A stretch of 64,000 bases of DNA, taken from assembly GCA_035518095.1 (NCBI GenBank), contig DATIXX010000056.1, positions 16,063 to 80,062 of the forward strand, read 5' to 3'. The translations under genes were made by a program, and so were the position numbers. The DNA comes from Burkholderiales bacterium. Lineage in GTDB: Bacteria > Pseudomonadota > Gammaproteobacteria > Burkholderiales > JAHFRG01. Numbering within the stretch: the first letter of the stretch is position 1; each line of letters opens with the position of its first letter. Positions 60,161-64,000 of this stretch are shown piece by piece. The notes beneath the pieces were generated by a model, which was not told where the DNA came from, made no database searches, and saw nothing but the letters and a program-made list of their open reading frames with translations.

Positions 60161-61404
60161 CGAACAAATTAAGTGCTCTTCTCGGTTGGATTGATGCGCG
60201 CTTTCCGCTTACCGCCCTTTGGAAATCCCAGTTGGCAGAATATTACGCGCCAAAAAACTTTAACTTTTGGTATTACTTCGGCTCTCTGGCGCTGCTGGTG
60301 TTGGTGATGCAGATCGTCACCGGAATCGTTCTGACTATGCATTACAAGCCGGACTCAAGCTTGGCGTTCGGCTCAGTGGAATACATAATGCGCGACGTCC
60401 CGTGGGGTTGGTTAATTCGCTATATGCATTCCGTCGGCGCCTCGATGTTTTTCGTGGTGGTGTATTTGCACATGTTTAGAGCCATGCTTTACGGTTCGTA
60501 CCGCAAACCGCGCGAGCTGCTATGGATCTTCGGCATGCTCATATACCTGTGCCTGATGGCGGAAGCGTTCTTCGGGTATTTGCTGCCCTGGGGGCAGATG
60601 TCATTCTGGGGTGCGCAGGTCATCGTCAACCTGTTCGACGCAATTCCGTTTGTGGGGCCTGACCTGGCGCTTTGGATACGCGGCGACTACGCGATTTCGG
60701 ATGCCACGCTTAACCGCTTTTTCGCGTTTCACGTAATCGCAGTTCCGCTGATGCTGCTTGCACTGGTGGCGGCGCACGTGATCGCGCTGCACGAGGTTGG
60801 CTCGAATAATCCGGACGGCATTGAAATCAAGAAACACAAGGATCCTAAAACGGGAATTCCACTCGATGGCATTCCCTTCCACCCCTATTACACGGTGAAA
60901 GATATGCTAGGAGTGGCGGCATTTCTAATTGTTTTCGCGGTCATTGTTTTCTTCATTCCGGAAATGGGGGGGTATTTCCTTGAGAAGAATAATTTTATTC
61001 CGGCGAATTCGCTGCAGACGCCGACACATATTGCTCCGCTTTGGTTCTTTACGCCGTTTTATTCGATCCTCCGCGCCAATGTTTTCAACTTCCTTTGGAT
61101 ACCCGCCAAACTTTGGGGCGTGCTGTCCATGGCTATTGCGGTAGTCATCTATTTCTTTTTGCCGTGGTTGGACCGTAGCCCGGTAAAGTCGATCCGCTAT
61201 CGCGGTCCGATCTACAAGATGGCGTTGACGTTGTTTGTCATTAGCTTTGTGACGCTTGGCTACCTCGGCACATTGCCCGTGGATCCGCTAAGAACGGTGC
61301 TGGCGCAAATAGGTACCGTGATCTACTTTCTGTTCTTTTTCCTGATGCCTTGGTACACCAGATTAGATAAAACCAAACCTGAACCGGAAAGAGTGAGATG
61401 GTGA
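60157..61404 (+). CDS. petB: Cytochrome b
   Basis: 415 aa polytopic protein. NFNFWYYFGSLA and RYMHSVGASMFF motifs. Confidence 0.97.
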   Translation: MTNKLSALLGWIDARFPLTALWKSQLAEYYAPKNFNFWYYFGSLALLVLVMQIVTGIVLTMHYKPDSSLAFGSVEYIMRDVPWGWLIRYMHSVGASMFFVVVYLHMFRAMLYGSYRKPRELLWIFGMLIYLCLMAEAFFGYLLPWGQMSFWGAQVIVNLFDAIPFVGPDLALWIRGDYAISDATLNRFFAFHVIAVPLMLLALVAAHVIALHEVGSNNPDGIEIKKHKDPKTGIPLDGIPFHPYYTVKDMLGVAAFLIVFAVIVFFIPEMGGYFLEKNNFIPANSLQTPTHIAPLWFFTPFYSILRANVFNFLWIPAKLWGVLSMAIAVVIYFFLPWLDRSPVKSIRYRGPIYKMALTLFVISFVTLGYLGTLPVDPLRTVLAQIGTVIYFLFFFLMPWYTRLDKTKPEPERVRW

Positions 61405-62129
61405 AAGGCGTTCTGCTCGCAGTACTGCTGGCCCCGATTATGGCGTTTGGCTCAGAGGAACTCCAGCTGGACACGGCGCCAGTGAACTTGTACGACAAAA
61501 TATCCCTGCAGCGAGGTGTGCACACCTTTGTCAATTACTGCTTGACTTGTCATAACGCCGAATATATGCGGTACAAGCGACTGGAGGACCTCGGGCTCAC
61601 CGATGAGCAGATTAAGTATGATCTAATGCTTGCCGTCGCTAAGAGGATCGGTGACCCCATGACGGTGGCGATGGACGGGAAGGACGCCAAGGACTGGTTT
61701 GGTGCTACTCCGCCGGACCTTTCCCTTGTCGCGCGCTCGCGCGGCGCTGACTGGCTTTATACCTATCTGCGCAGCTTTTATCGTGATAAGACTACGCATA
61801 CCGGCTGGAATAATACAGTATTTCCCAACGTCGGCATGCCTCACGTGTTACACGAATTGCAGGGGACACAGGTGCTGAAAACAGAAGTGGAGACCGACGC
61901 GCAGGGTCACAAGCACGAGGTGCAACAACTGGTGCTGCAATCACCGGGCACGCTGACCCCGCTGCAGTACGACATGATGGTCGCCGACCTGGTAAATTAC
62001 TTGGTGTATATGGGGGAGCCGGAGAGGACGTTCCGTATTAAGCTCGGAATTTACGTATTGTTTTATTTGGCTCTCCTATTTGCCGTGACCTACATGCTCA
62101 AGAAAGAATACTGGAAGGACGTTCATTAA
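61398..62129 (+). CDS. petC: Cytochrome c1
   Basis: Signal peptide, heme motif CLTCHN and a C-terminal TM anchor. Confidence 0.93.
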   Translation: MVKGVLLAVLLAPIMAFGSEELQLDTAPVNLYDKISLQRGVHTFVNYCLTCHNAEYMRYKRLEDLGLTDEQIKYDLMLAVAKRIGDPMTVAMDGKDAKDWFGATPPDLSLVARSRGADWLYTYLRSFYRDKTTHTGWNNTVFPNVGMPHVLHELQGTQVLKTEVETDAQGHKHEVQQLVLQSPGTLTPLQYDMMVADLVNYLVYMGEPERTFRIKLGIYVLFYLALLFAVTYMLKKEYWKDVH

Positions 62130-62188
62130 CAACGTCCTGAGCGCGTAAAAAGTTTTTCTCAACAATACCCTGGGCGGCGACAGCAATT

Positions 62189-62788
62189 ATGATGACCTTA
62201 TATTCCGGAACAACCTGTCTTTTCAGCCACCGCTGCCGTATTGTGCTCTACGAAAAAGGCATGGACTTTCAAATTGTGGATGTCGATCTTTACAACATGC
62301 CGGAGGATTTGGCGGTCATGAATCCATATAACCGGGTTCCGGTGCTGGTGGAACGGGATTTGATACTTTACGAGGCGAATATTATCAATGAATATATTGA
62401 CGACCGTTTTCCGCACCCACAGTTGATTCCCGCCGATCCGGTGATGCGTGCGCGGGCACGATTGTTTCTGTTCCGGTTCGAACTGGAATTGTTTTCGCAA
62501 ATCGACTCGATTGAGCAGGGCAGCCAGAAAGCGGCAGACAAGGCGCGAGCGGTAATCCGCGACAACTTGATGCAAATCGCGCCGGTTTTTGCAAAGCAGA
62601 GGTATATGTTGGGCGAGGAATTTTCCATGCTCGATGTAGCAATCGCGCCCTTGCTCTGGCGGCTTGATCATTACGCCATACAGCTCGGAAAGCAGGCCGC
62701 GCCGCTCATGAAATATGCCGAACGCCTGTTCAGCCGGCCCGCTTTTATCGAGGCGCTCACCGCGCCGGAAAGGGTGATGCGCAAGTGA
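62189..62788 (+). CDS. sspA: Stringent starvation protein A (GST-like)
   Basis: 199 aa. MTLYSG..C.FSHRCRIVL N-terminus. Followed by sspB. Confidence 0.93.
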   Translation: MMTLYSGTTCLFSHRCRIVLYEKGMDFQIVDVDLYNMPEDLAVMNPYNRVPVLVERDLILYEANIINEYIDDRFPHPQLIPADPVMRARARLFLFRFELELFSQIDSIEQGSQKAADKARAVIRDNLMQIAPVFAKQRYMLGEEFSMLDVAIAPLLWRLDHYAIQLGKQAAPLMKYAERLFSRPAFIEALTAPERVMRK

Positions 62789-63180
62789 AGCATGTCTCCA
62801 GTAAACCTTATCTGATTCGGGCGCTGTACGAATGGTGCGCCGACAGCGGCTTGACCCCTTTTTTATCGGTGCGCGTGAATGAGCGCACTCGCGTGCCGGC
62901 TGAATACGTCAAAAACGGCGAAATCGTCCTTAACGTCAGCCAGGATGCAACGCGCAATCTGACCCTGGGCAATGACCTTATCCAGTTTTCCGCCCGCTTC
63001 AACGGCGCTTCACGCGAGCTCTCCATTCCAGTTGAGACGGTCATCGGTATTTTTGCCAAGGAGAGCGGGCAAGGCCTGTTTTTCAATGATGTGCCAAGTG
63101 CGACAGATCCGCATGGCAATGATGGAAACTCGTCTGCTCCCGCGTCCAACGGAAAACCGCGCCTGCAGATTATCAAATGA
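62785..63180 (+). CDS. sspB: ClpXP protease specificity-enhancing factor SspB
   Basis: SKPYLIRALYEWC N-terminus and a C-terminal ...RLQIIK ClpX-tethering-like tail. Confidence 0.93.
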   Translation: MKHVSSKPYLIRALYEWCADSGLTPFLSVRVNERTRVPAEYVKNGEIVLNVSQDATRNLTLGNDLIQFSARFNGASRELSIPVETVIGIFAKESGQGLFFNDVPSATDPHGNDGNSSAPASNGKPRLQIIK

Positions 63181-63193
63181 CCCCGGGGCTGCG

Positions 63194-63222
63194 TGGTCAA
63201 TCCACTTTGGTTCCACTATAAT
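63194..63222 (+). promoter_or_regulatory. Candidate sigma-70 promoter for tRNA-Thr (TGGTCA-N17-TATAAT)
   Basis: A consensus TATAAT at 63217-63222 lies 9 nt before the tRNA 5' end. Confidence 0.45.
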
Positions 63223-63231
63223 CACACGCAC

Positions 63232-63307
63232 GCCGGCATAGCTCAGTTGGTAGAGCAGCTGATTTGTAATCAGTTGGTCGAGGGTTCGAGTCCTTTTGCC
63301 GGCACCA
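63232..63307 (+). tRNA. tRNA-Thr (anticodon TGT)
   Basis: 76 nt. Acceptor GCCGGCA/TGCCGGC, D arm GCTC..GAGC, anticodon loop TTTGTAA, T loop TTCGAGT and an encoded CCA followed by a T-run. Confidence 0.93.
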
Positions 63308-63535
63308 TTTTTCCCTTTGACTTAAGAAAATGCCTGATGCTCTTCGGCGGTGCCAAGCCGCTATATATTCTTGCGCCAACTGCAACGGTGCGGCGCGCAG
63401 TCAATGTGCGGTCATCAGCGGCAATGGACGCCGATGCCGAGGGCTTAGAATAGACATCGTTCATCGTTTAGGCCCGGTTCTGAAAGTCCGCTTGTTTTGA
63501 TAACGCCGGATACGAGTAAGCGATTAAACTTTCCG

Positions 63536-64000
63536 ATGAAAATTCACGAATATCAGGCTAAGGCAATTCTTAGAAAATACGGCATCGCTACACCCGATGG
63601 TGTCCCCTGCTTTTCCGTTGACGAAGCAGTTGACGCGGCACGCGTTCTCGGCGGTCAGTCATGGGTGGTGAAAGCGCAGATTCACGCAGGCGGACGGGGC
63701 AAGGGGGGTGGAGTAAAAGTCGCCAAATCGGTGGATGCCGTCAAGCAATTTGCCGAAAAGATTTTGGGAATGCGGCTGGTGACGCACCAAACGGGCCCTG
63801 AAGGAAGATTGGTCAAGCGTCTACTTATCGAGAAAGGCGCCGATATAAGAAAGGAATTTTACGTTGCTATGGTCGTGGATCGGGCCTCGCAACGCGCCGC
63901 ACTCGTCGCAAGCTCTGAAGGCGGGACCGAGATCGAAGAAGTTGCGGCGACCACGCCGCAGAAAATCCAAAAAACAATTGTCGACCCCACGTCAGGTCTG
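63536..64000 (+). CDS. sucC: Succinyl-CoA synthetase beta subunit (3' end cut by window edge)
   Basis: [17 protein letters not shown]... and [21 protein letters not shown]-grasp motif. The frame is open to the window end, so it is absent from the ORF track. Confidence 0.93.
   Translation, partial: MKIHEYQAKAILRKYGIATPDGVPCFSVDEAVDAARVLGGQSWVVKAQIHAGGRGKGGGVKVAKSVDAVKQFAEKILGMRLVTHQTGPEGRLVKRLLIEKGADIRKEFYVAMVVDRASQRAALVASSEGGTEIEEVAATTPQKIQKTIVDPTSGL

Overview
This window looks like a chromosomal segment from a Gram-negative bacterium. Gene content and order suggest a betaproteobacterium, possibly Nitrosomonadales-like, but that is inference only. Most of it is conserved housekeeping synteny: rph-rdgB-hemW, trmB-thiG-thiS, degP, asmA, mutY, ubiX, rapZ-hprK-ptsN-(hpf)-rpoN-lptBAC-kdsCD, a CPA2 antiporter, mlaFEDCB, yadGH-ibaG-murA, hisGDCBHAFIE, a HIT gene, tatABC, a degS-like protease, petABC, sspAB, and the 5' end of sucC. 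There are two tRNAs, Gly-CCC and Thr-TGT. I found no rRNA, CRISPR array, transposase, integrase or phage gene. The accessory part is a roughly 19-kb block at 23.8-42.8 kb in which every gene but one is on the minus strand. It encodes an MSHA/T2SS-like type IV filament machine: secretin, MshE-type ATPase, GspF-like platform, PilM/N- and PilO-like proteins, an ExeA-like ATPase, a TPR protein and three pilin-like proteins. Interleaved with these are a PrsK/PrsR-like sigma-54 two-component system and the two halves of an ABC-2 exporter, which sit at opposite ends of the block. Other points worth a second look are listed here. (1) hpf is disrupted by two compensating frameshifts inside an otherwise intact rpoN cluster. 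(2) A perfect 15-bp inverted repeat encloses 184 bp between the ABC ATPase and the response regulator. (3) A sigma-54 promoter lies upstream of the major pilin-like gene. (4) A GC3-rich SDR gene sits next to tRNA-Gly.
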